A stretch of 64,000 bases of DNA from positions 30,911 to 94,910 of the forward strand of contig CAVXPQ010000001.1 in assembly GCA_963763805.1 (NCBI GenBank), given 5' to 3'. This stretch comes from an uncultured Actinomycetota bacterium. GTDB lineage: Bacteria > Actinomycetota > Actinomycetes > Propionibacteriales > Nocardioidaceae. The notes below the pieces were generated by a model that worked only from the letters and a program-made list of their open reading frames with translations, had not been told where the DNA came from and did no database searches. Below are positions 1 through 11,452 of this stretch, piece after piece (position 1 is the first letter of the stretch; every line of letters begins with the position of its first letter). The translations under genes and the position numbers were made by a program.

Positions 1-323
1 GCCCAGTACTCGCGCCGGATGAGGTACTCCCCAGGCAGAATGGGGTGCTCGGAGAGTGGGTCGGGCCGGCCGTTCTCGGGTTCTGGGGCCCCAAGCGGAT
101 AACTGCGGCTGCTGATGAGTCTCCCATCGGCCAGAAACACCTGGGGGCTGATGCGCAGACTCGGGTTTGGCGATGAGATGTCGGTCGGCGTGGCACCGAA
201 CCCGCGCATGTAGACGAGGCTGTCGTCGACCATGAGGGCGAGACCCTCGTTGACGTAGAGGTCGAGGAACCCGTCCGCGGTGCCGGCGACCGCCAGGACC
301 TCACGCAGCGTGTGCTCGCTCAT
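1..323 (-). CDS. Partial CDS running off the left edge; possibly the N-terminus of a multicopper oxidase-domain protein
   Basis: Not in the ORF track. Hand translation from ATG 323: MSEHTLREVLAVAGTADGFLDLYVNEGLALMVDDSLVYMRGFG..., open to the window edge, with an ATGA overlap with the upstream gene. The product is recalled similarity only; no Cu motifs lie inside the window. Confidence 0.45.
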   Translation of the reverse strand, partial: MSEHTLREVLAVAGTADGFLDLYVNEGLALMVDDSLVYMRGFGATPTDISSPNPSLRISPQVFLADGRLISSRSYPLGAPEPENGRPDPLSEHPILPGEYLIRREYW

Positions 324-862
324 CCGTGTGCCCCCGCACTCTGGAGCGAACCCAGCAGAACGGCTCCGGTCGCGCCGGTGTCCTCAAACTCCAGCGACAG
401 TGAACTATCCGGTGGCGGCGCGAGGTAGCTGATCCGCATCGTCGTGGTGGAGCCTGCCTCGACCGACCCAGCCTCGCGATCGGCGCTGTACAGGCTGACG
501 GTAGGTCCGCCGTCTGCGACGCGCACCCGAAACTGTCCCGGCGACAGTCCCACGGCGCGCGACATGGAGTTGTGCACCTCGACATCGACCAGAACCGCGT
601 CGGTCCAGGCGCCGTGGACGGCGCTAGCGACCGGTGTTCCGAGCCCGTCCTGACTGTGGTGCCCGTTGGAGGCTGCGCCCTTGCGGGCCAGGACGAGTCG
701 TGACGAGCCGAGCAGGACGACCGAGCCGAACGACGTCCGCGCCGTCCGACCCGGGTTCGACTGCGTTGACGACGTCGTCCGGATCAACACGAACCCCGCG
801 GCAGCCAAGGCCACTCCGCCGCCGACCGAAACGATGAGGCCCCGACGACTTACCTCGGCCAT
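320..862 (-). CDS. Tat-signal/membrane-anchored protein with DUF4352-like Ig-fold domain
   Basis: MAEVSRRGLIVSVGGGVALAAAGF (twin-Arg plus hydrophobic stretch), then VLVDVEVHN...LSPGQFRV beta-rich domain. Confidence 0.55.
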   Translation of the reverse strand: MAEVSRRGLIVSVGGGVALAAAGFVLIRTTSSTQSNPGRTARTSFGSVVLLGSSRLVLARKGAASNGHHSQDGLGTPVASAVHGAWTDAVLVDVEVHNSMSRAVGLSPGQFRVRVADGGPTVSLYSADREAGSVEAGSTTTMRISYLAPPPDSSLSLEFEDTGATGAVLLGSLQSAGAHG

Positions 863-1040
863 CTCGGCCCGCGCGGTTTCGGGTTTGGTGGTCACGCCAC
901 AACTGTCGCTGGCGACACCTTGGAAGAATCTTGTGCTGTCGGCCGTGCGAGATACTTGCACCCAGGGAGCGGACGGTGTCCGCCACGGTCGGCAAGGGGG
1001 AGCCGGTGGCAAAGCGGTCGGTGGCATGGGATCGGGGTGC

Positions 1041-1862
1041 GTGGTGACCACGACGGGGGACCGGGTTCGCCAGTACTACGACGGCAACACCTGGAAGTTT
1101 CTGCTCACCGGGACCGAACGCGCCATTCATCGTGAGCTGTGGGCGCCTGGGGTGAACACTCGGGCCCAGGCGGTCCACCACGCGCACCGCCTGGTGCTTG
1201 ACGAGCTCCCGACCGATTCCCGTCGAGTGCTCGACCTCGGCTGCGGTGTGGGGTCCGCCGCGTTCTACCTGGCACAGCGGCGGCCGGTCGAGGTGGTCGG
1301 TGTGTCGATCAGCCCAGCGCAAGTAAGACTGGCCGACGGGTTCGCCTCACGGAGCGAGCCGCTCCAGGGAAGCGTGCGGTTCGTCAACGGCGACTTCACG
1401 GCGCTGCCAGAGGACCTCGTCGGGTTCGACCTAGCGTTCGCCATCGAATCCTTCGTGCACGCCCACTCTGCGACTGCGTTCTTCGCCGAGGCCGCCCGCG
1501 CCCTGCGTCCAGGTGGGTCGCTGGTGGTGATAGACGACCTACTCATCGGCGACCCGACCGATCCCCGGCTCGACGACTTCAGGATCGGCTGGCACGTGGG
1601 AAACCTGGTCACGGTCGCCGAAGCCGAGGCGATGGCCGGCTCCGTTGGCTTGGATCTGGTCGAGTCCCTCGACCTTTCGGCGTACCAGCGGCTAGGGCGG
1701 CCGCGCGACCGTGTGGTCCGCGCCGCGCAGCCCGTGCTTCGGCGAGCCCGTGGCCGGTCGGTATGGGCCGAGGCCCTTGTCGGTGGGGACGCCCTGCAAC
1801 GCTGCCATCAGGCCGGGTTGCTCGAATACGGCCTGCTGCGCTTCGTCAACCGGTCGGCCTAG
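1041..1862 (+). CDS. Class I SAM-dependent methyltransferase (tocopherol/sterol MT-like)
   Basis: VLDLGCGVG motif I, GVSISPAQV, FDLAFAIESFVH, LRPGG. Confidence 0.85.
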   Translation: MVTTTGDRVRQYYDGNTWKFLLTGTERAIHRELWAPGVNTRAQAVHHAHRLVLDELPTDSRRVLDLGCGVGSAAFYLAQRRPVEVVGVSISPAQVRLADGFASRSEPLQGSVRFVNGDFTALPEDLVGFDLAFAIESFVHAHSATAFFAEAARALRPGGSLVVIDDLLIGDPTDPRLDDFRIGWHVGNLVTVAEAEAMAGSVGLDLVESLDLSAYQRLGRPRDRVVRAAQPVLRRARGRSVWAEALVGGDALQRCHQAGLLEYGLLRFVNRSA

Positions 1863-1876
1863 CCCGCGCCGAAGGA

Positions 1877-3367
1877 TCAGCCATGGGGGCTCTCAGTTTG
1901 CCCCTCTAGGAATGTCATCACAGCGGTCTCGTCCACGCCGGGGAACACTCCTGGAGGCATGGCGGCCAGCAAGTGGGACTGCACTCGTGCGCTCGGCCAG
2001 ACCTTTCCCTCCCACCGAGCGGCTAGCTCGGTTGGCGGGCGGTCGCAGCAGACGGGGTCGGGACACAGCGACTTCGAGCGCTCGAGGGTCTCCCTGCCTC
2101 TCATCCACTTCACGTGCGAGAACGGCACGCCGATGCTGACTGAGAATTCGCCGGCCGAAGTCTGGTCCACGACCGCGGTGCACCAATACGTCCCACGGCC
2201 GGTGTCGGTGTACTGCCGGTAGGCCACCGAGCGATCGCTCTGGTCGAAAACCATCCGGGCCGTCCACTTCTTGCAGACCCGCTGTCCCTCGATGGCTCCG
2301 GTGGGGTCGCTGGGGAAGTGCACCCCGTCGTTCTCGTAGGCCTTATAGATGACGCCCTGCGAGGAGATCCGCATGAAGTGCACCGGCAGGTCGAGGTGGC
2401 GGGTGGCCAGATTGGTGAACCGATGGGCCGCCATCTCATATGACACGGCGTACGCATCACGAAGGTCCTCGATCGCGATGTCCTTGGCGGCCTTGGCCCG
2501 TTGGAGTAGAACCACGGCACTGCGCTCGGGGATCTGGCACGAGGCGGCGAAGTAGTTGACCTCGACGCGCTGCTCCAAGAACTCGGCGTAGTCGCTCGGA
2601 ACCTTGTGACCCAGGACCAAGTGACCCATGGTCTGAAGCGCCAGCGTCTTGGCGTCGCTCAGGGCGGCGTCGGTCTCCGGCAGATAGATCCGGTGGTTGG
2701 CCAGGTCGGTCACCGTTCGCGTCGACTTCGGCAGATCGCGAGTGCGCACCAATTCGAAGCCGAGGTGGGCTGCCATTCGGTCGACCTGGGTCTGTGTCAT
2801 CGGCCCGCCCTGATGGCCGGTGTCCCGCATCAGTCCGGCCGCCAGCGCCTCGATATCGCCGAAGTAGTTGTCCTGTTCCCGCATCCGTTCGCGCAGGTCC
2901 GCGTTGGCTCTCCGGGCGTGCTCAGGTGTGGCGGCTCGCTCGGTGTGGGCGTCGGACAGCGCACGGTGCATGCCCACCAGCGCCTCGATGGCCTCGGTCG
3001 GCAAACGAGAGGTGATGGTGACGGCAGGGATGCCCAGCGAGGCAAACGCCGAGTCACGCTGGGCCCGTTCCAGTTCGATCTCGAGTGCGGCGCGGCGACT
3101 CGGTGGCGCGCTCGACAACAACTCCTGTACGCCGACTCCCAACGCCACCGCGATCTCGGTGAGGAGGGACAACTTGGCCTCGCGTTTGCCGTTCTCGATG
3201 AGCGACAACGCTGAGGCGGAAACGCCCACCAGCGAGGAGAGGCCATCGAGGGTGAGCCCGCTCTGTCGGCGAAGGTGCCGCACGCGGCGACCGATGGTCA
3301 GGAGGTCGGTGGTGACGCTCCCGGTGGTGGAGTTCTCGGGCGTTGCGCGCGGTGATGGGTTGGCCAT
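1877..3367 (-). CDS. ramB: XRE-family short-chain acyl-CoA regulator (RamB/PrpR/ScfR type)
   Basis: N-terminal HTH ([10 protein letters not shown]...SLIENGKRE), C-terminal Cys motifs, divergent from aceA. Confidence 0.8.
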   Translation of the reverse strand: MANPSPRATPENSTTGSVTTDLLTIGRRVRHLRRQSGLTLDGLSSLVGVSASALSLIENGKREAKLSLLTEIAVALGVGVQELLSSAPPSRRAALEIELERAQRDSAFASLGIPAVTITSRLPTEAIEALVGMHRALSDAHTERAATPEHARRANADLRERMREQDNYFGDIEALAAGLMRDTGHQGGPMTQTQVDRMAAHLGFELVRTRDLPKSTRTVTDLANHRIYLPETDAALSDAKTLALQTMGHLVLGHKVPSDYAEFLEQRVEVNYFAASCQIPERSAVVLLQRAKAAKDIAIEDLRDAYAVSYEMAAHRFTNLATRHLDLPVHFMRISSQGVIYKAYENDGVHFPSDPTGAIEGQRVCKKWTARMVFDQSDRSVAYRQYTDTGRGTYWCTAVVDQTSAGEFSVSIGVPFSHVKWMRGRETLERSKSLCPDPVCCDRPPTELAARWEGKVWPSARVQSHLLAAMPPGVFPGVDETAVMTFLEGQTESPHG

Positions 3368-3369
3368 TG

Positions 3370-3410
3370 CTTGACGATATATCAAGAACAGCATTTATTG
3401 ACGCGTCAAT
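3370..3410. promoter_or_regulatory. Palindromes in the ramB/aceA divergent promoter region
   Basis: CTTGA-N7-TCAAG at 3370-3386 and perfect ATTGACGCGTCAAT at 3397-3410. Confidence 0.4.
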
Positions 3411-3493
3411 CTGCCCAGAAGTGCTCCGGAGTGCGGCAAGAGTGGTCCCAATTCGCAAGGAACCACCTTCCTGACTCCCGAAAGGATCACTCC

Positions 3494-4827
3494 ATGACCA
3501 CGACGCTGGAACCCCAATCAGATCGGGTGGCCTCCCCAGCCCCCGAGGCAAATCCGGACTCGGTCGATCCCGCTGAGTATCTGCGACGCCGTTGGGCGAC
3601 AGACCCGCGCTGGGCAGGCATCCAACGCACCTTCACCGCCGAGGATGTGGTGGCGCTCCGGGGGACTGTCACCGAGGAGCACACCCTGGCGCGCCGCGGC
3701 GCGGAGCGTCTGTGGCGCCAACTCCAGGGTGCCGGGTTCTCCCGGGCACTGGGTGCGCTGACGGGCAACCAGGCGGTGCAGATGGTGCGGGGTGGACTGG
3801 AAGCGATCTACCTGTCGGGGTGGCAGGTCGCCGCTGACGCGAACCTCGCAGGTCAGACCTACCCCGATCAGAGCCTCTATCCGGCGAACTCGGTGCCGGC
3901 GGTGGTGCGGCGGATCAACAATGCGCTGTTGCGGGCCGATCAGATCGACCACAGCTCCGGCCGCCGTCTTCATGACTATCTCGTCCCGATCGTGGCGGAC
4001 GCCGAGGCCGGCTTCGGTGGACCGCTGAACGCCTTCGAGTTGATGAAGTCGATGATCACCTCAGGAGCCGCGGGCGTCCACTGGGAGGATCAACTGGCGT
4101 CAGAGAAGAAGTGTGGCCACCTCGGCGGCAAGGTCCTGGTCCCCACCACCCAACATATCCGGACGTTGAACGCCGCTCGCTTGGCCGCCGACACCGAGAA
4201 CGTGCCGACGCTTGTCATCGCGCGCACCGACGCTCTCGCGGCGGATCTGCTGACCAGCGATGTCGACCCGCTCGATCAACCGTTCCTACCGGTTCTCGCA
4301 CTACCGAAGGGTTCTACCGCGTGCGCAACGGGATCGAACCGGTGTTGGCCAGGGCGAAGGCCTACGCGCCGTACGCCGATCTGATCTGGGTTGAGACCGG
4401 CACCCCGGATCTGGGCCTGGCCCGGGAGTTCGCCACGGAACTGCATCGGGAGTTCCCGGGGAAGATGTTGGCCTACAACTGCTCCCCGTCGTTCAACTGG
4501 AGTGCACAGTTGTCGAACGTCGAGATCGCAGCCTTCCAGGACGAGCTCGCCGCGCTGGGGTACAAATTCCAGTTCATCACCCTGGCCGGGTTCCACGCCC
4601 TCAACCACTCCATGTTCAAGCTCGCCCACGCGTATGCCCGCACCGGCATGAGTGCGTACGTCGAGTTGCAGGAGGCCGAGTTCGCCGATGAAGCACGCGG
4701 CTACACCGCGATCAAGCACCAGGCAGAGGTCGGCACCGGCTACTTCGACCGAGTGGCCACCGCCCTCAACCCCACCTCCGGGACGCTCGCGATGAGTGGC
4801 TCCACCGAGTCAGAGCAGTTCCACTGA
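3494..4827 (+). CDS. aceA: Isocitrate lyase (frameshift near 4290, probable sequencing error)
   Basis: [11 protein letters not shown] catalytic motif, [18 protein letters not shown]; ORFs 3371..4384 and 4111..4827 join. Confidence 0.95.
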
Positions 4828-4895
4828 TGACCACCCAGATGGCCACCCAGATGAGCACGCAGATGTCCACCGAAACGATCACCGAGACGATGGCC
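4827..4895 (+). repeat. Degenerate 12-bp tandem repeat at the aceB start
   Basis: ATGACCACCCAG ATGGCCACCCAG ATGAGCACGCAG ATGTCCACCGAA ACGATCACCGAG, encoding [20 protein letters not shown]. Confidence 0.75.
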
Positions 4896-6486
4896 AGGAG
4901 GACGTTGCCACGGGTGCACGGGGTTGCCCATCACGGCTTCCACGAGATCCTGACGACCGAGGCACTGACCTTCGTCGGCATGCTCGACCAGGCGATCGCG
5001 TCGCGGCGCGCTGATCTGTTGGGAGAGCGTTCGCGCCAACAACTGAGGAGAAACAACGGCCAACCGCTCGACTTCCTGTCGGCCACATCTTCAGTCCGCG
5101 AGGACGCTTCGTGGCGGGTTGCCGAGCGGCCGCCGGGGCTCAAGGAGCGTCAGTGTGAGATCACCGGACCACCCACCCGGAAGATGACCATCAACGCGCT
5201 CAACTCAGGCGCGAGCGTGTGGATGGCTGACTTCGAGGATGCCACTGCCCCGACCTGGTTCAACGTGGTCGACGGGCAGCGCAACCTCCGCCTCGCGCTA
5301 CGTGGAGAGCTTGACTTCACGCGAGAACGGCAAGCACTACGCCCTGGGTGAGGTGCGACCGACGGTGATGGTTCGCCCGCGTGGGTGGCATCTCGACGAA
5401 CGCCACCTCACTGTCCACGGCATCCCCTTGTCAGCCTCCGTCGTGGACTTCGGGCTGTACCTCTTCCACAATGCGGACTGGCTGCTCAGCCACGGTGCGG
5501 GGCCATACTTCTACCTGCCCAAACTGGAGTCCCACCTCGAGGCACGATTGTGGAACGACGTGTTCGTGCTGGCCGAGGAACACCTCAACCTGACTCCTGG
5601 CACCATCCGGGCGACCGTGCTGATCGAGACGTTCCCGGCCGCCTTCGAGATGGAGGAGATCCTCTACGAGCTACGCGACCACTCCGCTGGACTCAATGCC
5701 GGTCGGTGGGACTACATCTTCTCCTACCTCAAGACGTACGCCGAGCAAGGGCCGGCGTACGTCCTGCCCGACCGCGGCCAGATCACGATGACGACGCCCA
5801 TGATGCGGGCCTACACCCAACTGCTGGTCGAAACCTGTCACCGGCGCGGCGCGCAAGCCATCGGCGGGATGTCCGCGTTCGTGCCAAACCGGAACGACCC
5901 AGCGGCGACCGAAGCTGCCCTGGCCAAGGTCGCCGAGGACAAGTCACGTGAGGCGCAGGACGGGTTCGATGGCTCCTGGGTCGCCCACCCCGGACTGGTC
6001 GAGACCTGTCTGGCGGCCTTCGGCAAGGCCTCGGACGGACCTAGGCAACGGTCGAACCTGCCGATCACTGCCGCGGACCTGATAGCAGTCGGTGGTGTGG
6101 AAGGCGAGATCACGACCGCAGGGTTGAAGGCAAACATCTCAGTGTCATTGCGCTACCTGGTCGCCTGGGTCGGCGGCAGCGGGGCAACCGCGATCGACAA
6201 CTTGATGGAGGACGCGGCCACGGTCGAGATCTCTCGAGCCCAGATCTGGCAATGGATGAGATACGGGTGCACCACCAGCGACGGCACACCGATCACCCAC
6301 AAGCGGGTGCGTTGCCTGGCTGAGGAAGTGGTGGACCGGCTCTACACCCAGTCACCATCGTCGGCCTGGCATGCGCAGATCGAAGCAGCGTTGGAGATCT
6401 TCACGCAGATGACGCTGAGCAGAGAATTGCCGGCGAACTTCCCGCCATACGCCTATGCGCGATTCTTGGTTGACCGACATGGGTGA
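4827..6486 (+). CDS. aceB: Malate synthase A (frameshift near 5325)
   Basis: EITGP, WMADFEDA, VRPRGWHL, GLNAGRWDYIFS, LMEDAATVEISRAQIWQW. Confidence 0.93.
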
Positions 6487-6509
6487 AGGAATCAGCGTCG
6501 GCTCGGGAG

Positions 6510-8036
6510 TCAGGAGAGCCAGCGGCGGAGCTTGGGGCGGGCCGCGCGGGCCCAGACGCGATCGAAGTCATCCCTGGCATCGGGTGGCTCTGGCCTGTTC
6601 CCGGGCGTAAAGCACTCCGAGGGTGAAGGCGTTGATTCCTGCCTCGCGTCGCCCGGTCGGACAACTCGCGCAGGTGCTTCTGGGCCACCACGGCGTCGTG
6701 CTGATCTCCGAGCACGGTTTGGAGGTCGACCGTCACCTCGACCAGCCGCCTTGCCTTGTCGCCATACACGGGCACGAGTGGTTCGAGCCCGTATCTGACC
6801 CGCTTGGCCGCGCGGCGTACGTCGTGCAACCTCGCCGATCTGTCCTCGGGGTCGCTGGCTGCCCGCGCCGCCGCAACCCTCCTTTCTAGGCGGTTCCAGT
6901 CTCGGCGCACCAGGTCCGGGACCACCTCGCGGGTCGGCTCGGAGGCCAGCTCCAGCAGCGGCGGGTCGGTCGCGATCGCGCTCAGCCATCGAGAAGCGCT
7001 CGGTAGCGCGTGGACCGCAGCTCGACTGAGGAGGTGCTGGTGCTTGTCTCTGTGGCGTTCAGCGAGAAGGGCATCGACGAACTCGGAGACCTGGGGATCC
7101 ACCAGGTCCGCCGGCTCCTCGTCGATGAGTGCGCACACTCGCGCGCGTAGGACCTCGGCGTCGCGCGGCTCCCCCAGCGCGGCCGCGAGCCAGCGGAGCT
7201 CCTCGCGGAGCGGATCGGTCACCGCCGAGTCCAGTAGGGGGCGGTAGACAGCGAGGGCAGACCTGAGGCGGCGCACGGCCACGCGCATCCGGTGAACTGC
7301 GTCGGGCAGGTCAAGGCGGACTTGCGGGTCGCCTCGGAGTACCTCGGTGACCTGCTCGATCAGGCGCCGACGGACGATGTCACCGGCGGGATCCTTCGGC
7401 CGGATCCGGACTCCTGGTGTCCGAGTTGTGCGGGGATCCGGTCGCCTAGAACGCGCGCCAACTTCGACGGATGTCGCGACGGGACGGCGCCTTCCTCGAC
7501 CACCAAGCGCGAGGCGTCCTTGAGCAGCGTCCGGCCACCCTGCTCGAGCTCGAGCTCCCACTCTCGCCAGGACAGCTCGCTCATCGGGTCGGTTCGCGGC
7601 AGCGACTCCGCCGCGACCCTGTCGTCGGCAACCACGGCCAACAGGTTCGTTTCGCCGAGCAGCCGGGTCACCCGACGTTGGGTGCTGATTCGCGCAACGG
7701 GCCCCAGGCCCCGATCGGCGGTGAGTCCACTGACCACGTCGAGCAAACGCGCAGGGATCGGTGCGGCCAGGTCACCGAGCGGTTGGTGAACCTCGTACCG
7801 CCCGTGCGTCATCGGTACCTTCAGGTGCCAGCCCTCGTCATGGCCGCCTGTCCGACGCCGAAGCGTCAGTCCCAGGGAAGCCAGGCGCAGGTCCTCGGTG
7901 TCGAAGTACGTCGCCTCCAAGAGCTCCACGTCGCATCCTCCACCGCTACGACGCCGGCGATCTCTCCCAGGCCCGAAAGTTGCGCTCCCTCGGGCACGTC
8001 GAACTTGTCCTCGATCTCGACATGGTCCGGGTTCAC
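6510..8036 (-). CDS. CYTH + CHAD domain protein (several frameshifts)
   Basis: EIEDKFDV, ATYFDTEDLRL, LRRRTGGHDEGWHLK, WREWELEL (CYTH); AVHRMRVAVRRLRS, LHDVRRAAKRVRY, LQTVLGDQHD (CHAD). Confidence 0.85.
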
Positions 8037-8163
8037 AACCCACTGTCTACACGTCAAAGGTGAATGGACCCAGCCAATCTGCGGCCGCACGCACGCCTCC
8101 GCCAGACAGACAGTTGGCAAGTCGCCGAGGTCAAGTCGCGCGAGGCCGCCGACGGATTCGATG

Positions 8164-8217
8164 ACGAACTTCCCGCCGTACGCGTGTGCGCGATTGTTGG
8201 TTGATCGTCACTCGTGA
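8164..8217 (+). repeat. Diverged duplicate of the aceB 3' end (6433-6486)
   Basis: NFPPYACARLLVDRHS* versus NFPPYAYARFLVDRHG*. Confidence 0.8.
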
Positions 8218-8270
8218 ATGGGTGGAGTTGCAGCCGAGAGCGACCTGGGCGCCTCCGCCGGCTACTGGGG

Positions 8271-8564
8271 TCAGCTCAGGTGAGTGAGTCGGGTGGCCTT
8301 GATCGGGGCCGCGATCAGCTCGAAGATGGGTGTGTACACACCCGCTGACATGGCTTGCTCTACGGCCGCCGCCTGCGCGTCTGCCGAGTCCCATTCGGCA
8401 ATTTCGACCAGCGTATCCGGGCTGTCGATTCCTTCGTAGATGGTGCTGCCCAGGAACCCAGGGACGCTCGGCGCCAGCGTCGTTGAGATGCTTTCGAGCA
8501 CGCTGGCCAACTCGCCGCGTGCACCCGGCCTGGCCTGGAACTCCACGATGACGGTGATCGCCAC
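8271..8564 (-). CDS. ABM (antibiotic biosynthesis monooxygenase) domain protein
   Basis: GGAGG RBS before GTG; VIVEFQARPG...PGFLGS...EIAEWDS. Confidence 0.75.
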   Translation of the reverse strand: MAITVIVEFQARPGARGELASVLESISTTLAPSVPGFLGSTIYEGIDSPDTLVEIAEWDSADAQAAAVEQAMSAGVYTPIFELIAAPIKATRLTHLS

Positions 8565-8715
8565 GGTTACCTCCCAACTGGGTCGATCCGCCATGGCGTC
8601 GAAGACGTCCTCGACGGGGCGTCGATGTGGGTCTCAAATGTGACTTCCACCGATCCAAGGTACGCCCGACCGTTCGAGGCTGTCCACGACCGCGATTGCG
8701 CGGGAGGATGGCTAC

Positions 8716-9169
8716 GTGAGTGTTGAGGTCCAGGTGGTGACCACGATCGAGCGGCCCGCGAGCGCTGTAGCGGCGTTCGCAGGCGACCCGACCAATGCTC
8801 CTCAGTGGTATGCCAACATCAAGTCGGTCCATTGGCAGACACCGCCGCCGATCGCCGTCGGCTCCCGAATGGACTTCGTTGCCATTGTTCCTCGGGAGGC
8901 GCCTCGCGTACACCTACGAGGTGGTCGTGTTCGAGCCCGAGCATCGGCTGGTCATGCGCACCTCCGACGGGCCCTTTCCGATGGAGACCACCTACACATG
9001 GGACGAAGTAGCTGTCGGGGTCACCAGGATGACGATGCTCAACCGGGGCAATCCGTCGGGGTTCTCTCGGGCTACGGCACCGATGATGGAGCGCGCCATG
9101 AAGCGTGCGATGACCAAGGACTTGGCGAGGCTCAAGACGATGCTCGAGGCCGACGATGCACGGAACTGA
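8716..9169 (+). CDS. SRPBCC/polyketide cyclase family protein (frameshift near 8885)
   Basis: DPTNAPQWYANIKSV...FLGRRLAYTYEV...GPFPMETTYTW...DLARLK. Confidence 0.8.
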
Positions 9170-9257
9170 AGGCCACACCAGGTGTTCAGTTCTCGCGTCG
9201 GCCGCAACCCGGCGTAGCACGCGTCGTCGGCACTGACTTTCGGCATACGGTTGTCTC

Positions 9258-10278
9258 ATGGGTGTGCGCGACTGGGTCCTCAGCATCGAGCGCGCTTGGG
9301 ATGCCACCCGATTGCGGAGAGCCAGCAAGCGTCCGCCGGCCGACTTCCGGATTGAGGCCTACCTCGGGCACGGCAGTCGCGACGGGGCAGTCCTACGTGG
9401 CCGAGTCCTCGACGATCCGGCTCCTGCGGATGCGTTGGAGGGCGAGAGGCCGAGAGCGGTACTACGCCGCACCTTGCGGTACTTCGCGACCGACGAACTG
9501 CCGGGCGTGCCGCTGCGGATCGCCGTCGCCGGTGCAACGGTCGATGTCGTCACCGATGCAGAGGGCTACTTCGTGGTCGACCTGCGTCCGAAAGCAGGAT
9601 GAACTTGCCAGCCCATGGACCAAAGGCACCGTTGAGCTTGTCGGGAGCTACCGCGGGCTGACCGATCCGCACGTCACGTCCCTCGAGATGATGGTTCCCG
9701 GGCCGGATGCGAAGTTCGGGATCATCTCCGACATCGACGACACGATCCTCGTGACTGGTGTGCAACAGATCTCAGGGATGATCCGCAAGACGTTCACCCG
9801 GTCCGCCCTTACCCGGTCGTCCTTCCCGGGAGCACCCGAGCTGTACCGCGATCTCGCTGCCGGGGTGAATCCGGTCTTCTACGTTTCGTCGAGTCCGTGG
9901 AACCTGCACGCCTTTGTGATTGCGTTCCTGCAGCACTGGGGATTTCCGTTAGGCCCGGTGCTGCTGCGCGACCTGCTCGGCACCGCTGCCGGGCACGAAC
10001 AGAAGACCGGACGCCTCCGGGAGATTCTGGACATGCATCCCGCAATGCCGTTCGTCCTGATCGGTGACTCTGGAGAGGCGGACCCGGAGATCTACGCGGA
10101 CATTGTGCGGGCGTATCCCGGGCGGATCCTCGCGGTGTATATCCGAGAGGTGCGCCTTGACCCGGGCGATGGTCGCGTCGAGAAGGTTTCGCAAGGGTGG
10201 TCGCCGGACGTTCCGTTCGTGCTCGCGGCCGACAGCGACGTCATGCGCCGGCACGCGACCGACCTCGGTCTGCTTTGA
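9258..10278 (+). CDS. App1-family phosphatidate phosphatase (DUF2183; frameshift near 9595)
   Basis: IISDIDDT, FYVSSSPWNL, VLIGDSGEADPEIY. Confidence 0.85.
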
Positions 10279-10299
10279 GCCACCCGCAAGGGGCCACGA

Positions 10300-10397
10300 G
10301 TGATGTGGCCTTCACAGCCTGAGGCGGTCGCCGCACCGGCGGCCGCCTTGGCACGACCCTTGAGGTCTTGATCCTTGTTCTCGAGATTGTCAGCCAT
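10300..10397 (-). pseudogene. CsbD-like stress protein remnant
   Basis: AAGGAG RBS, MADNLENKDQDLKGRAKAAAGAAT, then similarity is lost. Confidence 0.5.
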
Positions 10398-10469
10398 CTG
10401 GATTCTCCTTCGCAATGGACATCGTGTTGATGACTATGCGTACCCGGCGCCGGGCGAGACATGCGCGGC

Positions 10470-10592
10470 CCGAGCAGGCCCGTCACCCGACGTTGGGTGC
10501 GGATTTGCGCAGTCGGCCCCAGTCTCCGATGGGCGGTGAAAGGCATCTTGAGATGCCAGCATTCGTCCCGGCCGCCCGTCCGACGCCGAAGC
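10470..10592 (-). pseudogene. Internally deleted remnant of a second CYTH gene
   Basis: DNA similar to ~7655-7725 and ~7820-7865 (gtcacccgacgttgggtgc; gtccgacgccgaagc). Confidence 0.7.
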
Positions 10593-10648
10593 CCTCACAC
10601 GCCCCATGCCAAGGGTCCGACCAACAGATTCCGTGTTGCGCACGAACC

Positions 10649-11452
10649 TCAGTGGCGTGCCAGCAGCTCCTGGATCCGCAAGACAAGCGCCTCCGGAACC
10701 ACAGTGTTCGGGTCTCGAAGCGCCCCCATCGCAGATCTGGTTCCCACCAGGCCGGCGTACAGCGGTGGGCACGTCGGACAGGTTTCAAGGTGGCGCGTCA
10801 CGAGCTGCCGAGCCGCAGGCTCAAGCTCATCGTCGAGGAAGTCCGAGACCTTGCTTCGGGCATCCCAGCACGGCAGTGGCACCTGACGTTGCGCGATGGA
10901 TCGTTCTTCTCCTTGCGCTAGAGCGCTCACCAACATCATCCTTCCGCGGCGCAGTCGCTGTTTCGCAGCGGGCAACCCGATGCCTTGTACGTCGGCGATC
11001 GCGCTGACGGTCATGCCCTCCATGTCGTGCAGGACCACGGCCGTCCGGTAGATGACCGGAAGTCGGACCAGTGCGTCCAGAAGTTCCTCACGCACCTCTG
11101 CACGCTCGAGAACGGTCGCGGCGTCAACGGTGTAACTATCGTCGCGCCACTTCGCATCCACCTCACGTTCGAGGTCATCGGTTGCGTCCTCTCGCTGGCG
11201 CCGGAAATGATCGACTGCCACGTTGTGCAGGATGCGGTGCAGCCACGTGGTCAGTGATGCCTCGTCGCGGAACGAGTCAGCGCTCCGCAATGCCCGCACC
11301 AGCGTGTCTTGCACGAGGTCTTCCCCCAACTGAGGATCCCGAACAATCGTCCGGGCATATCTCAGCAGGTTGGGAACTTCGTCTACGAGCCTGTTCCGAA
11401 TGTCCTGGGCAACCACGTCCGAGACGCTAGCGGGAGAGGGTGGTCTCGGCAT
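10649..11452 (-). CDS. ECF sigma factor with C-terminal zf-HC2 (ZAS-like) domain
   Basis: EDLVQDTLVRA, TWLHRI (region 2), region 4 HTH, then C-x26-HLETCPTC. Confidence 0.85.
   Translation of the reverse strand: MPRPPSPASVSDVVAQDIRNRLVDEVPNLLRYARTIVRDPQLGEDLVQDTLVRALRSADSFRDEASLTTWLHRILHNVAVDHFRRQREDATDDLEREVDAKWRDDSYTVDAATVLERAEVREELLDALVRLPVIYRTAVVLHDMEGMTVSAIADVQGIGLPAAKQRLRRGRMMLVSALAQGEERSIAQRQVPLPCWDARSKVSDFLDDELEPAARQLVTRHLETCPTCPPLYAGLVGTRSAMGALRDPNTVVPEALVLRIQELLARH

Noticed and set aside
4280-4310. Programmed ribosomal frameshifting in aceA and other split genes
   Set aside because: No slippery heptamers; shifts are scattered across unrelated genes
8716-10278. 520-aa SRPBCC-App1 fusion ORF
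   Set aside because: Artefact of two frameshifts; the middle translates out of frame
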